From Octopus sinensis (lineage: Eukaryota): 64,000 nucleotides of DNA. Positions 12,362 through 26,082 of the stretch are shown here, piece by piece. A program made the translations under genes and the position numbers. The stretch lies in contig NC_043005.1 in the NCBI RefSeq assembly GCF_006345805.1, positions 24,304,001-24,368,000 of the forward strand. Direction: 5' to 3'. The notes beneath the pieces are model-generated. The model had not been told where the DNA came from. It saw only the letters and a list, made by a program, of their open reading frames with translations, and searched no databases. The first letter of the stretch is position 1, and every line of letters begins with the position of its first letter.

Positions 12362-13479
12362 TATATGAGTTTGTGCTTATGTATGTCCCATTTCCTCATA
12401 GTCTGCTGCTAAACTGGGGAATCTACTCCACGTTCTGCTCCTCATAACATTTTCTCATTTTCTAGTCTATCTTCTTCATTTCTCTATCTCTCTTTCCTTT
12501 TTATTTACTATTTCTCGTATTATAAAATCTTTGTTAACTTTCCTCTTAATATCAATCTCTGTTTCTCTCTCTAATTCTCCCTCTCTCTCTTCTTGTCACA
12601 TACGTTCTATTTCATTTATCTCTCTACCATTCTAATACTATCAATATTCCGTTCACTTCTCCACTTCAACTCTTTCCCTTCCGCTTTAGAAAACCATTTT
12701 GTATGAGCTCTGCGTGTAGCTTTCTGTTGTGCTATGCGTATTCATTCGTCTACTCTTGTCGGAATTTTATATAACATGGATACATTATCCCCAAATATTT
12801 TTCTACCTAGCCTCGTGTTATGGAATTGCTCCTTGTTGTAAACGAATAGGGAGTTTAAGAGAGCTTGCTGAACTTGTATCACAAATGTTATAGCACGAAC
12901 TGTGACGTTTACAACTTTCACTCTTACAATCGAATGTATAAATTATTTTAATGATTTGTAGCTTGTTCTCATGTTTCCAGGTTTATGGTCCGCTGCTGAT
13001 AATGGGTTTTTATTTTAGTGTTTTAGAAATATATCATCAGTGTCAGCTTATAGTTTATTGTGATGTGTTTTGTGTTTTGTTTTAGCAGATATTTATTACG
13101 TGTTATTGTTTTCCAGAACTTGTATGCATTTGATTCATACAATACGCTTAGTGTGTAGTTTGTGTACATATAGATACGTATACATACATGCATACATACA
13201 TACATACATACATACATACATACATACATACATACATACATACATACATACATACATACATACATGCATGCATACATACATACATATGCACGCACATACA
13301 CACACATCCATATATTTAGATGTATGATTATTGCTGTTGGTGTTAAAGCATTCACCTAGATTATCTTTATTCTGTCATCTTCCAGTATAGTGATTGGTGT
13401 AGCACTGTATTCAGCAGTGTTACTAGTTATAATATACATAGCAAATGTAGTTGGAAATTAAGATAAAAACCAGTCTAGA

Positions 13480-14590
13480 TATTTGGCTTCTACGTACGTT
13501 TCCTTATTGCAGCTACTTGGATCTCAGTATTGGATGTTTCAAGTGCATACTTATTGCATTCTGTTACATTCCTTGATGTGAGCCTCCGTTGCAGACAGAA
13601 TATAAATGGTTAGTTGGAGAAACTAGCTATTGACCGATATCGTACCTCTTCTCTCGCTTCTTCTGTAATACTGAATACATTTCTTCGTTTTGTATCCCCT
13701 ATTCAGCTAAAGACAGCGTCTGTTAGCGATGACTTCTATTTTTGAATGTTTGCTCCTTTTCTTCTTCAAGTAGTCTTCAGATGGTCTTTCCACCGCTTGT
13801 TTGCTTCATAGTTAGAAGACTGTCGTATAGTTGACCATAGAAGATTCTATGAGGAAGACGTGAGTCAAACACGTACACTATATGTCCAAGCCATCTCAAC
13901 TGAGGTCTGCTGTGCGGATGAATCTTTTGCGCTATTGGTGTTAGATTTCTGTGTATTTTATCCTATTTTATTAAGAAACTGATAGGATGTTCTGCAGACA
14001 CTAGATGCTCAAAGCCTCGAAGACTCTAATGTATCAACTGTAAGAGGTTGGTATCTTACAGTCATACAGGAGAGTATAGAAACACAACAAAACAGTAGAT
14101 GAGAACCTGGGCATGGAGGCGGAGATTGTTATTTAGAAAAGATGTTTAAGATCTTTTAAAAATTCGGAGGCCTGGCTGACACCTTTTATATTTTCCTCGT
14201 CTTCTGTGAAATCAACGGAAATTATGTTGCCTTTGTACATGAATTGAAACGGTGCGGTTGATTGTTACAATTTTGCCGAAAATATGGGGAAGAGTAGAAA
14301 ACGTGAGAATGTGCCATGAACAAATGAGTTCAGATTTTTGGATGTTAACTTTTTTCATAACCTGTAAGAACTCAAACTCAATACTATTAATATTGCTGCA
14401 CACAGTGAAATCAGATTACTTGGGGAGAGTTCTTTGGACACGGTTGGTGAATGCTATACCTTCTGGAAGGTCTCCTCTGAGAGTAGATCTCACCAGCATG
14501 ATATCGGCTTTGTTTAAGAACTGCTGTCTAAATCACGAGAGACACTGGTTTATGAGCGTCTAATGCTAGCATCTCTGCCATCTGATATTC
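13480..14590 (-). mobile_element. RTE-like LINE, degenerate reverse transcriptase region
   Basis: Minus-strand fragments LRGDLPEGIAF, KVNIQKSELI, PHIF..TIN resemble RTE RT and post-RT motifs; many stops. Confidence 0.55.
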
Positions 14591-14624
14591 AGGAAAAAAG
14601 ACCAATTTTATCAGACATTATATT

Positions 14625-14900
14625 AGTCACTGAATAAAATGACAGAAGAAAGTAAAGCCGTCCTGATAACTGACTTTAATGGAAGAGTTTGTTGGTGATA
14701 AAAGACACCGGAAGCGAGCAATCGGGGTCAGTTGTTTGGAGACAATTAACAGCAATGGCATCAAACTAGTTTCTCTATGTTGAAAGCCCGTTTACACCAT
14801 CACGAATGCCATGGTCTAGCAGAAGAATTAGTACAAAGCTTCAGTGATGCATCTCAGATTGAAATACAGACATGTTATTAATCACATCAAAGTCAGATTA
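14625..14900 (+). mobile_element. RTE-like LINE AP endonuclease fragment
   Basis: VLITDFNGRV..NSNGIKLVSLC..TITNAMV*QKN*YKASVMH.R....HVINHIKVR matches GDFNARVG..NSNG..LL..C..ITNT.F.QK..WMHPRSK.WH.IDY. Confidence 0.7.
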
Positions 14901-14994
14901 ATATACCTAGCGAAAAAAGACAGGAGACAATAAATCTGTTAGGAATGTCAACTGACCGGACAACTATGTCCGTTGGATGGATTTTTTTAATGCT

Positions 14995-15380
14995 ATAGCC
15001 TGGTATATAAATGTCATGGCATAACCCAACGCTGAGACCAGGCTAGGGTCTACATTCGAGGTACTATTGATTTCAAGCGTCTACCAGGCTAACATGAGAG
15101 CGCTTTCAAGTGGAGCGTCTTTACTCCCCACTTTCTTAGCTACATACATACACCATCGCAAATCCCAGGACATTCTTTACACATGTTTTGGTCCATAGTT
15201 CGTGAGGGCACTCCATACAATGCTAACCATCGCGTTTGTAATTTATGTTGCAGGAAATTGCTACTTATTCTGGGCCATTATAATATCTTATTACTCAATA
15301 GGTTATCTAATGATGTAGTCTTCTCCTGTATACATAAGTTCTATTCCACATTTGCTCATTATGGAAAGTCTTTATAATTT
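14995..15380 (+). mobile_element. Penelope-like GIY-YIG fragment
   Basis: LVYKC..; FWSIVREGTPYNANHRVCNLC..LLIL..LLNR....VFSCIHK, the C-terminal Penelope endonuclease motif. Confidence 0.75.
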
Positions 15381-16557
15381 CTCCTAATTATAATTTATTC
15401 CATTTGTTACCGAATCTCTTTAATTTTTATCCTATTAAATACCAGTTTGCCTTATTCATTTTATTTTGACATAAATTCCTCCTCCCCTAGAACCCCAGCC
15501 TTACTCATTTAACTCAATGATCATTCTGGATCTTTGTTTGGTCAGCTGATATTCCTAACTGATTAATGGTTTGCTTTACAATATATTTATCAACCCTGAC
15601 GTCTCCTTTCGTTATAAGTTGATTTTAACTTTTTCTTCTCTTTCTCTCTTATTCTCTTTAGTTTTACTTTACTTCTTCCTTCTTATGTTCTAGAAGTTGT
15701 TCTTCCACCTTGTTCCCTCACCCTTGATCTTGTTGATCTTGTTCTGATTCCTCTCTGCTTTTAACCGTTTATTTTTGCTTGTGCTACTATATCAGCCGTA
15801 TTTGCTAATCTTCTCTTGTAACAGAACTTATTGTCGTGTGTCATTCTCTATTCTATTCTCCATATTCTGTGCTCAGAATTTATGTTTAGATGCTTTTGAG
15901 CACTACTAAGTGTTTTTTGTACAGAGCATACCCAGCTCTCACCTACTGGCACTGTGTGCGTGTGTATATATTTGTGTGTGTATAAATATATATACATGTG
16001 TGTGTGTGAGTAATTATATACACATATGTGTACTACACAATCGGACACCTACGCGCACACACATACACATGCGCATATGAACACACAATTATAAATGTAT
16101 GTATCACTATATATGCATGTGTGGGTAGAGAGTTGATGAATTATATGCGTTTGTTCGTGTATTAATATTTTCGAATATTTATAAGCAACGACTATATACG
16201 CTTTATGTTTACAAAAACAGCAGCGAAAATTTTAAACACAAATATAGCAAAAATTAAAACTAAAACAGGTATGATTAAATTAAATTGCACACAACATGAT
16301 GCATATTAAGACTATCAGTTTAAACAAAACAACAACAGAAACGACAAGAATAACAACTACTACAGCCAACAACAGCAATAATAACAACAAATATTGGTTT
16401 GCACTCGGTTTAATAATGAACACCTCTGATAAGTAAATTTACGAAGGTGTAAAATTTAACGTCATTTTCTAAACTAGATTTCCACTGAATATTTGATGAA
16501 GAAAATAAAATCTCAACTTGTTTTTTGTTTCGTTTTCTTTTTGCATTTATTGGTTTC

Positions 16558-16730
16558 AGATTTTGGCATTAAACCAACAATTTTATTGAAGTGGGTAAGT
16601 CGATTATCTCGGCTTCCAGTGTTTCGATTCCGAAGCGATGAAAGGCAAAGTTGACTTATAATGTAAAGTTGGAAGAAATGCCCCTAAGCATTTAATCCGT
16701 GGTGGCAACGAATCTGTTAGATTGCCGCCT
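16558..16730 (-). mobile_element. SINE family B (Meta-like domain), degenerate
   Basis: gatgaaaggcaaagttgac core shared with 26083-26290 and 24163-24557. Confidence 0.65.
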
Positions 16731-17074
16731 CTTCTATTTTATTTATTAAATTTCGATTCGATACCAAAGAAAAAATAATGTATTCATATATTTCTTTTTG
16801 CGTTTAAGATTCTTATATGCGATTATTTCCAAGTCATTGAAATTATTATTTTTATTTAATAAATGAATAAATAAATGAATGGAAATACAGATATCTTTTA
16901 CGTAACTTTAATATGGATGTCATCTCAGAATTCACTTTTAATATTGAAACAGTTTTATTTCAATTTGAACTCATCATGAATGAGTATAGTTTCGGCTGAA
17001 GATGTCGGAAGAAAAGTAATATATTTTCGGATTTATCTTCTGTATTTAGCCATTTACTAATGTGTGTGTGTGTA

Positions 17075-17198
<124 letters not shown>

Positions 17199-17210
17199 GT
17201 ATGTATGTAA

Positions 17211-17257
<47 letters not shown>

Positions 17258-17472
17258 CACAGACATACACACGCACATACATATATATGTATATATATAG
17301 AGAGAGGGAGGGAGTAGAAAGAGAGAGATAAAATGGATATTTAAACATTCATGTATGTATATGCATGTTCACGGGGTTAAGCCGTTTCTGGATGCAAAAC
17401 CACTGATCATCACTCTATGACTGGATATAGACTTAACTAGTTATAAATACATTACTGTTCCATGATTTAGAG

Positions 17473-17550
17473 CAGTGGTTCTCAAACTGGGATCCGCGGT
17501 CTTCTACGGGACCACGAAGCGATTGTAAGGGGACCGCGAAGGGACGCTGA
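17473..17550 (+). mobile_element. hAT (Charlie-type) left terminus
   Basis: CAGTGGTTCTCAAACTGGGATCCGCGG preceded by atttagag (NTCTAGAN-like target); matching right TIR not found. Confidence 0.55.
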
Positions 17551-19086
17551 AATTTCATGAAAAAGAGCTGGCTTGAGACAGTTAAGTTTTAAACTTTCAA
17601 GTCTCTCAGTTTTTAGCAAGCTCTAAGCCTTTTTTTGTCGTTGGCTTCAAAAACCCTCGCCACCCCTGCACACTCATTTGCTAACAACTTGTTGTACAAC
17701 AAATGTGATTGGCCAATATAAAATATGCGGGTATAACGGTTGGTCGTGCATGAGTTGTCGGTATTTTTCGTTTCTCGTTTGTTTTGTAATCAGTTGATTA
17801 ACTGATTCCCCATATTTTCATGCGCATTTATTATATCCCAATGGTGAATTGCCTGGATTAAGTCGTGGTTTTAAGGGTTGCGGGTCTATGGGCAGTGTGG
17901 TTGATTGTCCGGAAATTACGGTACATGAATGTATATCATGTTGATTACCCTGCGTTTTATTGGGGATTGCGAATCAGAAAAACAAAAACTCTAAGGGGGT
18001 TGGTTTTAATCTCCATTATCGTCTCTTACGGCTATCGTCATCATCGCATGCTAACTAGAAAAACGAACCTAAAAAAATTTGGTCGAACATACTGAAAGAA
18101 AATTGAATTGTCATGGTATTATAAAAAAATTCCAAACGCATAGAAAAATTGGAAAAGTAAATATTTGTTCATTGAAGTGCATTCCTTAATTAGCTGGTTG
18201 TGTTCAGTTTTAATGAACTGCTTAACTAGTTTACAAAACCGAAAAGAAGAAAAAAGACTGTCGTACCATTGAAGGCGAATAAAAAATAATCGGAGGCTAA
18301 AACATAGACAAATTGTTTTATGAATGCTTTGCATCAAAGATCATTATCTCCATTCACTATAAATAAATTGGATTTAAATGAGCAAATTATTGCTCGTATA
18401 CGGAATTGCTATATCAAAGGTGGCTCCACTGATCTGCCTACCTTCGATTTCCAAGTGAGTGTTCGAGTGTTGCAATTCTGTCAGTAGCATTGCATATCAT
18501 CTCTAATTACGACAATGGAATAGCCAAATCTAGTTTTTTATTTTTATGAGTGTTTGGTTATCACATTTTGCCTCAGGATAAAACCTATTCGATATTAAAC
18601 TTCTTCCCAGTGAGATATACATCTAACTTCTCTCACGTGTCTTAACCTGCACAATTTAAATTAACTCAGCAAATGGAACAATATAATGGTTAAAATCTAC
18701 AAGGAATGTAACGTTGATAGCCTTATCATATCAAAGTTGTAATGTAATCTCTGTAAATATTAATTATTAGCAACGACACTGTATTTCATTTTGCAGCCAA
18801 GTATATTAAAGGTTTCCAAATCAATATTTTATCTGACATTTTGTGTTAACAGTGCGATATTCTCATTTTTGAGGGATAGGGTCTTCGCATTTTTTATTTC
18901 CTCATTTTCATTCGATCTATAGTGTATCACTCGATAATATAATTCCTGTACAAACACTATTCATTTATCAGCTTCCTTGTATGTTTATACATGAATATCC
19001 GTATTCTCCCATCAAATGCACCTAGCTGTATAATGCTACAGCTGATATATATATATATACTTTATTTAAAAGCAGCAGAAATTCAA

Positions 19087-19134
19087 CAAAACCGTTACTC
19101 GGAGTTTCACGTTCCCGTTCGTCGGGCAGTTTTG
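19087..19134 (-). ncRNA. Minimal type I hammerhead motif (U4C variant)
   Basis: caaaactgc CCGACGA acg-ggaa-cgt GAAA ctccgag TA acggttttg: stems I, II and III all pair. Confidence 0.7.
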
Positions 19135-19138
19135 TTAA

Positions 19139-19187
19139 CAAAATTGTCCGACGAACGGGAAGGTGAAACTCCGAGTAACAGGTTTTG
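19139..19187 (+). ncRNA. Minimal type I hammerhead motif (U4C variant), mirror copy
   Basis: caaaattgt CCGACGA(19148-54) acgggaaggt GAAA(19165-68) ctccgag TA acaggttttg. Confidence 0.65.
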
Positions 19188-19286
19188 TTGAATTTCTGCT
19201 GCTTTTAAATAAAGCATATTAGTCTACGCCCTGGTATTTGAGTACTCTTTTTTTCCACCTTGTTTCACATTTATGTGTTTACTCCG

Positions 19287-19328
<42 letters not shown>

Positions 19329-20241
19329 AGATCAATGCAATAGAAAGTGTATGAGCAACTGGCAAGTGCTGCCCTCGATGAGAATTATTTTCAATGAAGC
19401 CATTTTCCTCACTTTTATTCGTGTTTACGAATGTGACTAAAGGAAAAAGATGTGTGTGTGTGTTTATGTGTGTGTGTATAATCAACCTGTACATATTTTC
19501 GTTGTATTTGAACTAAATAAAAATCAATTGAAATGATTCGTATCTACACTCACACGCATGCGCACGTGTACGCAAACATACATACATACATACATACATA
19601 CATGCATACATTCATACACAATACATACAGCCACACACACCCACATACATGTAAATATCATTCTTCACTTGTTATGCATATACATATATGTGTGTGTGTG
19701 TGTGTGTATGAGTGTGTGTGTGTGTGTGTATGTATATTTATGTACACACACACACACATATTTATACACATTAAGTGAAAACCGAAAGATAAAAGAAGCG
19801 AAATACACCATTATAATAGAAGCGAGAGTCAATTAAGAAGTATACATACAAAAATCAGCAATTTGACGCAATAAATATTATTTAGTTTTGATATGTTTGC
19901 AAGCTGCAAATGCCAGTCGAAACGCTAAATCTTTCTCTCTATTAATCCCTTATCAAAATTATAGCACAATGAATAAACCAAGTAGGAGAATGAAAGCAAG
20001 AGAAAGAAGACTCATTTATTTCTTTGCTGATTATTGCTTGGGGTTGACGTGTGTATCAATGGTGCCATCTTCTGACTATTGACTGTTCCTGTAGATTGAC
20101 GTGGGCTTTTATTGTACTTTATCTTATTTCTAACGCATTGACAATCTAGTGAAAGTAGTTATTTCAGGTTTGAAGAGATTTATTAATTCTTGTACTAACT
20201 TCAGTGTTATCCTGAAACATACAGAAATACAAAAAGATATC

Positions 20242-20386
20242 TGCGTGGTATGAAGCTTGCTTCTCAAACACTTGGTCCCGAGTTCGGTTCCATTGCGTAG
20301 CAACTTTTACTGTATTTTACTGTCGCCTTAAGTCGACCAAAGCATTGTCAGTGGATTAGGTAAACGGGAACTGAAAGAAGCCCGTC

Positions 20387-20443
<57 letters not shown>

Positions 20444-20695
20444 TACATTATATATACATATATGTGTGTGTGTCTGCTCGCGTCTTTGAGTGTGTGTCCC
20501 CACCACGGCTCAATAACCAGTTTTGGTGTGCTTACGTCTCCTTAACTTAGCGGTTCGGGAAAAAGGGTCCGATAGAATAAGTGCTAGGCTCAAAAAAAAA
20601 GTCCAGGGGTAAATCTCTTCGTCTAAAACACGTCAAGGCAGTGCACCAGCATGGCCGCAGTCAAAAGCGAGTGAAACGTGAAACTGTTAAAAGAT
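20242..20695 (+). mobile_element. SINE family A
   Basis: tRNA-like head with B box (gagttcggttcc), central (TA)n, conserved 3' half. Confidence 0.8.
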
Positions 20696-20700
20696 ACATT

Positions 20701-20785
<85 letters not shown>

Positions 20786-21221
20786 AGAGTTCCAGTTGAT
20801 CCAATCAATGGAACAGCCTGCTCGTGAAATTAACTTACAAGTGGCTGAGCACTCGACAACTGTTTCATGGATATAAAACATATCCCATCACCAGGGACGC
20901 TATGAGAGATATGAATTGAATAGAAGAGTTCAATATAAGAAAGCATTTTGGAAAGTGATGGATAAAGGAAGTATAAAGGGAAATATAAGAATAAAGATAA
21001 AAACATATGTTGGATGTTAAGGTTGCGATTCCATTATACAAGGAAAGTGCTCTGTAGAATGGGTAAAGAAGCTTCTTATCAATGGTCTGTAAATTCCTTT
21101 AGCACTTACATAACTTTTCCTGCCTTTTGGGTTTTCTGGATACCAAAATCTCTCATGTTTATCTATACATATAAATTTGATATGAGCTATTATTTCTTGT
21201 CTTGGGATTCACGATAATAAA

Positions 21222-21378
21222 AAGGCAAGCTGGCAGAATTGTTAGCACGCCGGGCGAAATGCATAGCGATATTTCGTTTGCCGCTACGTTCTGAATTACC
21301 AGTTGACTACTGGGGTTGATATGATCGACAGACCCCTCCCCACAAAATCCAGGCCTTGCGCCTATAGTAGAAAGTATT
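21222..21378 (+). mobile_element. SINE family B, internally deleted
   Basis: aggcaagctggcagaattgttagcacgccgggcgaaatgc head; ccttgcgcctatagtagaaag tail. Confidence 0.75.
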
Positions 21379-21571
21379 AACATATTACACAATGATTATA
21401 AATATTATCATACCAAATGCATATTGCGTAATAATAATGTTAGATAATAAATAATAGAATAATCATTAGGAGAATGTAGTGGAATAATTTTGTGTGATTC
21501 ATGTGTGATTCACACACACACACACACACATACATACACACACACGCACACACACACACACACACACACGT

Positions 21572-21790
21572 GCCCTTAACCTAGATCTTAAAGATGAGAT
21601 TCAGAGTGACACAGAATGTAACGATCCTGCCCCTTTGAAATACATGCACTGCTTGTTTTTGCCAGTGGAGTGGACTGGCGCAATATGAAATAAAGTGTCT
21701 TGCTCAAGGACACAACGCGCCGCCGGGAATCGAAATCAGGTTCTTCTGATTGGGAATCTAATACCTGAACCACTAAGCTACGCGCCTACA
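21572..21790 (-). mobile_element. tRNA-derived SINE family C (CORE-like)
   Basis: Minus head tagcttagtggt..tttcgattcccg then gtgtccttgagcaagacacttta; 3' part shared with 22532-22910 and 36793-36992. Confidence 0.7.
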
Positions 21791-21812
21791 CCATTAATAT
21801 AGAAAGGTAAAA

Positions 21813-22372
21813 TATTAGGCTGAAGAAAATGTTCGTGCGCCGTGTTAAAATAATGCTTTTTCGTATATTTTTGTGGTGTGTGAGTGTGTGTGTGTGTGTT
21901 CATTCAGATCATGTCTTGTTCAAAAGCGATTCACTGTTGAAAAGTACGCAAGGCTTGTTTGTCGAAAACGCGCTTTGTTCCAACAAGACAATGCAAAGCC
22001 GCACACCGCACACAGAAAGACCAGTAACAAGATTGAAGAATTAGAAGGTGTGGTAGTTCTGCCACATCCAGCCTATAGTCAAGATGTTGCTCCATCTGGC
22101 TACGGTCTCTTCCAATCAATGCAGCACTTTATGAAAGGTCACGATTTGTATCATTCGATGAACTTGCAGAAGCTTGTCAAGAATTTTAGTTTATCCGAAG
22201 CCGAAGGATTGGTACCTTGACCAAAACCGAAAGCTTGCAGATCGTTGGCCGAAGGTCGTGGAAAACGATGGTCTTTATTTTGAAGAATAGTTGTTGTTGT
22301 TTTTTAATAAACTCTTGCATAAAATATCATTATTTTAATACATCACACGAACTCTTTCCTGAACCTAGTGTA
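21813..22372 (+). mobile_element. Mariner, internally deleted, both TIRs present
   Basis: TIRs tattaggctgaagaaaatgttcgtgcg / cacacgaactctttcctgaacctagtgta; QQDNAKPH and HPAYSQDVAPSGYGLF motifs. Confidence 0.85.
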
Positions 22373-22531
22373 TACCTGAATTGAAACGAATACCGAGTTC
22401 AATATGATCAACTAAAAAGAAGGTTGCCATAAGAAGAGGGTGTGCCACATCAAGGCCGCTGTCCAAAGACTAAAACCATGAGACTGTATATTTAGGACTA
22501 CCTTATCCAATGTGCCATCCCTTTTTAGACA

Positions 22532-22910
22532 GTGGCACTCTGTCGGTTACGACGACGAAGGTTCCAGTTGAATCGATCAACGGAATACCCTGCTCGTGAA
22601 ATTAACGTGCAAGTGGCTGAGCACTCCACAGACATGTGTACCCTTAACGTAGTTCTCGGTGAGATTCAGCGTGGAACAGTGTGTGACAAGGCTGACCCCT
22701 TTGAAATACATGTACAAGAGAGAGAGAGAAAGAAAGAGTGCGAGAAAATTGTGGTGAATGAGTACAGCAGGGTTTTCCACCACCCCTGCCGGAGTCACGT
22801 GGTGCTTTAGTTGCTTTCGCTCAATGAACATCACAACGTCCAGTCTGGGAATCGAAGCTGCGATCTCACGACCTCGCGTTCGCTGCCCTAACCACTAAGC
22901 GATTGCGCCT
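22532..22910 (-). mobile_element. SINE family C
   Basis: Minus tRNA head (cgcttagtggtt..ttcgattccc); tail matches 36793-36992 and 20781-20857. Confidence 0.8.
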
Positions 22911-23226
22911 GCACCCATTTTAGATAATAGCTTGTGATTTAAAAAAGCTCAGCTTTATATTTCTAGCAGTCCTTGTAGGGAACTATTAATATATTTTGCC
23001 GGATTAAATCATTTTTAAAATGTTCGCTTCATATTTGTGTTAAATGTATATCTTCCGATTATTATTGGGGAATTCAGAGTGAGTGGGACGAAGAGGGGAA
23101 GAGGGTTGAGAGAGGAGAAGGAGAAATAATGAATGAGAATGATAGATAGGGATAAATTGAATGGATACAGAGATATAGGGTTAGAGAATAGTGGCAATCA
23201 TTCAGTCTGAAAGTGCATTTGAGGTG

Positions 23227-23270
<44 letters not shown>

Positions 23271-23338
23271 AGAGAGAGAAAGAGAGAGAGTGAGTGAGTG
23301 AGAGCGAGAGGGATAAATAAAGGCGATAGATAGACAGA

Positions 23339-23425
<87 letters not shown>

Positions 23426-24162
23426 CATACATAAATAGAGACTGATTAATTTAAAGGGAACTCAAAAAGGACGGAGACAAGGAAGGAGAGAGATAACATT
23501 ATGTGTGTGTGTGTCTCTGTGTGCGTGTATAGGCGCACACATATATATAGGAGAGTGTGGTTTTTTGTGTACGTGTGTGTCGGTGTCTGCATGTTTGCGT
23601 TTGTTTGTTTCCCTAGAAGAAGTGAAAGAAGCTTTCGTTTTAAGTATCAAATTTAAGTACACAATAATCACTCGCCATATCGCGATTCACCCACGCCGCT
23701 CTCAGAATGTAGCAATCCCTGGAACATCTGTTGTTATCGCTATATAAATGGATTTTTGCGGAGATTATGATTTAATTTGACAAGCTAATACCATTAGACA
23801 TTGAAAATTGAATTCCAGAGAAGTCATTTGCAGAAGTGGGGAATGCGTTTGATAAAGATTTGTATACATAATAAGTAATGGTGTTGAAGACGCGGGTATC
23901 TTCGACAATGCAACAAAGTATAGGTGCTGGAAAGACCGAGTTAGGAAATTAAAATATCTAATTATTATGGAGATTATGATTCAGTTTGACACGCTAACAT
24001 TACCACACATTGAAAATAGAATTTCAGAGAAATCATTTGAAGAGTTTGATAAAGCTTTGTGTAATTTAAAAAAAAAACACGGTTGAATTTTATAGGTGAG
24101 TTTTAGAATGTGACGTATGAGTGTTTGACAGATTTATGAGTTTTAAAACTATAACATATAAT

Positions 24163-24557
24163 TATTTCTTTATTGCCCACAGGTGGCTTAACATAGAATG
24201 GACAAACAAGGACTGGCATCGACCCCAGTTCCTAACCGGTACTTATTTAATCGACCCCAAAAGGGTGAAATGCAAAGCCGACTTCGACGGAATTTGAACT
24301 CAGAACGTAACGGCAGACGAAATACCTATTTCTTTACTACCCACAAGGGGCTAAACACAGAGAGGGCAAACAAGGACAGACAAACGGATTAAGTCGATTG
24401 TATCGATCCCAGTGCGTAACTGGTACTTATTTAATCGACCCCGAAAGGATGAAAGCAAAGTTGACTTCGGCGGAATTTGAACTCAGAAAGTAACGGCAGA
24501 TGAAATACCGCTAAGCATTTAGCCCGGCGTGCTAACATTTCTGCCAGCTTGCTGCCT
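24163..24557 (-). mobile_element. SINE family B with tandemly duplicated 3' half
   Basis: aatcgacccc..gcaaag..gact..cggaatttgaactcagaa occurs twice (~24250 and ~24435). Confidence 0.85.
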
Positions 24558-25244
24558 TCGAATTTGTCTAAATTGAAGCAATTATTTTCTAACATTAGCA
24601 AGGTCAGGAAACATGTAGAATTGATTGCTGGTATATATTATATGTATCAGATAGTGATGCAACTAAGGATTTCAAATGGATGAGGGAGCTTTGCCAGAGT
24701 TGAGTAAATTTCTAGAAATAGTAATCAAATTTTCTTCACATTATGCGTCAACCAAGGAGCTCCCACGTATTCGTTTGACCTGGTAAAACTAGCAGCCATA
24801 TCTCCCATAAAACACCAGTCAATGAAGGAGCTTCCATTTAATCGCTTGATATGCTAAAAAGAGCAGCTGAATCTCCATATCAGGTGTCAAAGAAGGATTT
24901 TTCTTTTACAGTGGATTCACGACATATTGGAAATAGCAGTTAAATTTCCTTTGACTGATAACGTTAGAAAAATGGCTGGATACATTAGATAATGCAGCCC
25001 TAGAAATTCAGTCGAACATAAACACAAATTGTTCACTGATAAAAAGCCTTTGATCATACATCGGCGCAGTCGGATCTCAGGACTAAGTATCTAGAACAAG
25101 CAGATGGGTAAAAAGTAAAGTGAATTTCGAGGTGGCACGTCATTTCTGATCACAGAAAACGAAGTTAAATATCATCACATATTCAATATGGACCAGCTAA
25201 TCGGAGATCCTATAGCTACCCATCCATAGCGCAGCTAAAGGAGA

Positions 25245-25375
25245 GAGAGGGGGCGAAAGTTTTATGGGGTGGCATTTCGGGTTTGCTTTATAAACTTGTA
25301 TATGCTTAGGGGTCCCGGGTGGGGAACAACTCAAGAGCTACCCGGGCGGCACACTCTCTAGTTAAACCACCACTG
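25245..25375. mobile_element. Possible hAT-like terminus
   Basis: GC-rich subterminal motifs ending ..accaccactg (CAGTGG TIR on the minus strand). Confidence 0.35.
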
Positions 25376-26082
25376 AGACAGTTAGCCTGCTAAGGCTAAC
25401 ATTCAAATTCTTCTTCCAGTTATGCACCAGTATCATAGCAGCTAAAGAACTTTCTATATTATAGTCGTAGATATACAAAATACTGGATGGGCAATTTTGA
25501 TCATATATCAGCCCATTGAAGGCTAACATGGGTTTAAACTACAGAAGGAACTAAAACAACTAAGTTCTTCTAATGTTTCAAACAAACGTACCGCTCGCCT
25601 TTGTATCATAACATATATGTGTATATATCATTTTTCATCTAAGCTCGACGTTAATTGATTTTATTTTTGGGCTTAGATTTCATTGTTTAAAAATGTACAA
25701 TGCATTATGGACAGATTAATAAAAAGTGGACTCTTCATTTGCGAAGTTATGTAATGGGAAAAGTAAAAACAATAACAGCAAATGAAAACAAAACGTTTTC
25801 TGCAATATACCATTATTGTGACTATAATGTAAGCAATATAGTATCATAATCAATTACACATGATTTAAGCCTAATCGACCGTCACGTAATGATCTTCCGT
25901 TTTTTCCATTCTTTTTTTTTTTTGCCATTTTACTTTCCAATCCTTATTCCATGCTATTATTGTATCAGATGAATGGTTGGAGAAAAAAAACGGAGAATTG
26001 TAAGCCATATTGAATGACGTCAGATATTACGTTAGCATTAACAATAATTTATTAGATTGGTGAAGCTTCGGTAATGTATTGG

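Larger units (their letters stand above)
19060..19285. mobile_element. Palindromic non-autonomous Penelope-pLTR-like element in (TA)n
   Basis: 19060-19214 near-perfect spacerless palindrome plus 3' extension to 19285; the extension recurs at 57531-57636. Confidence 0.8.
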
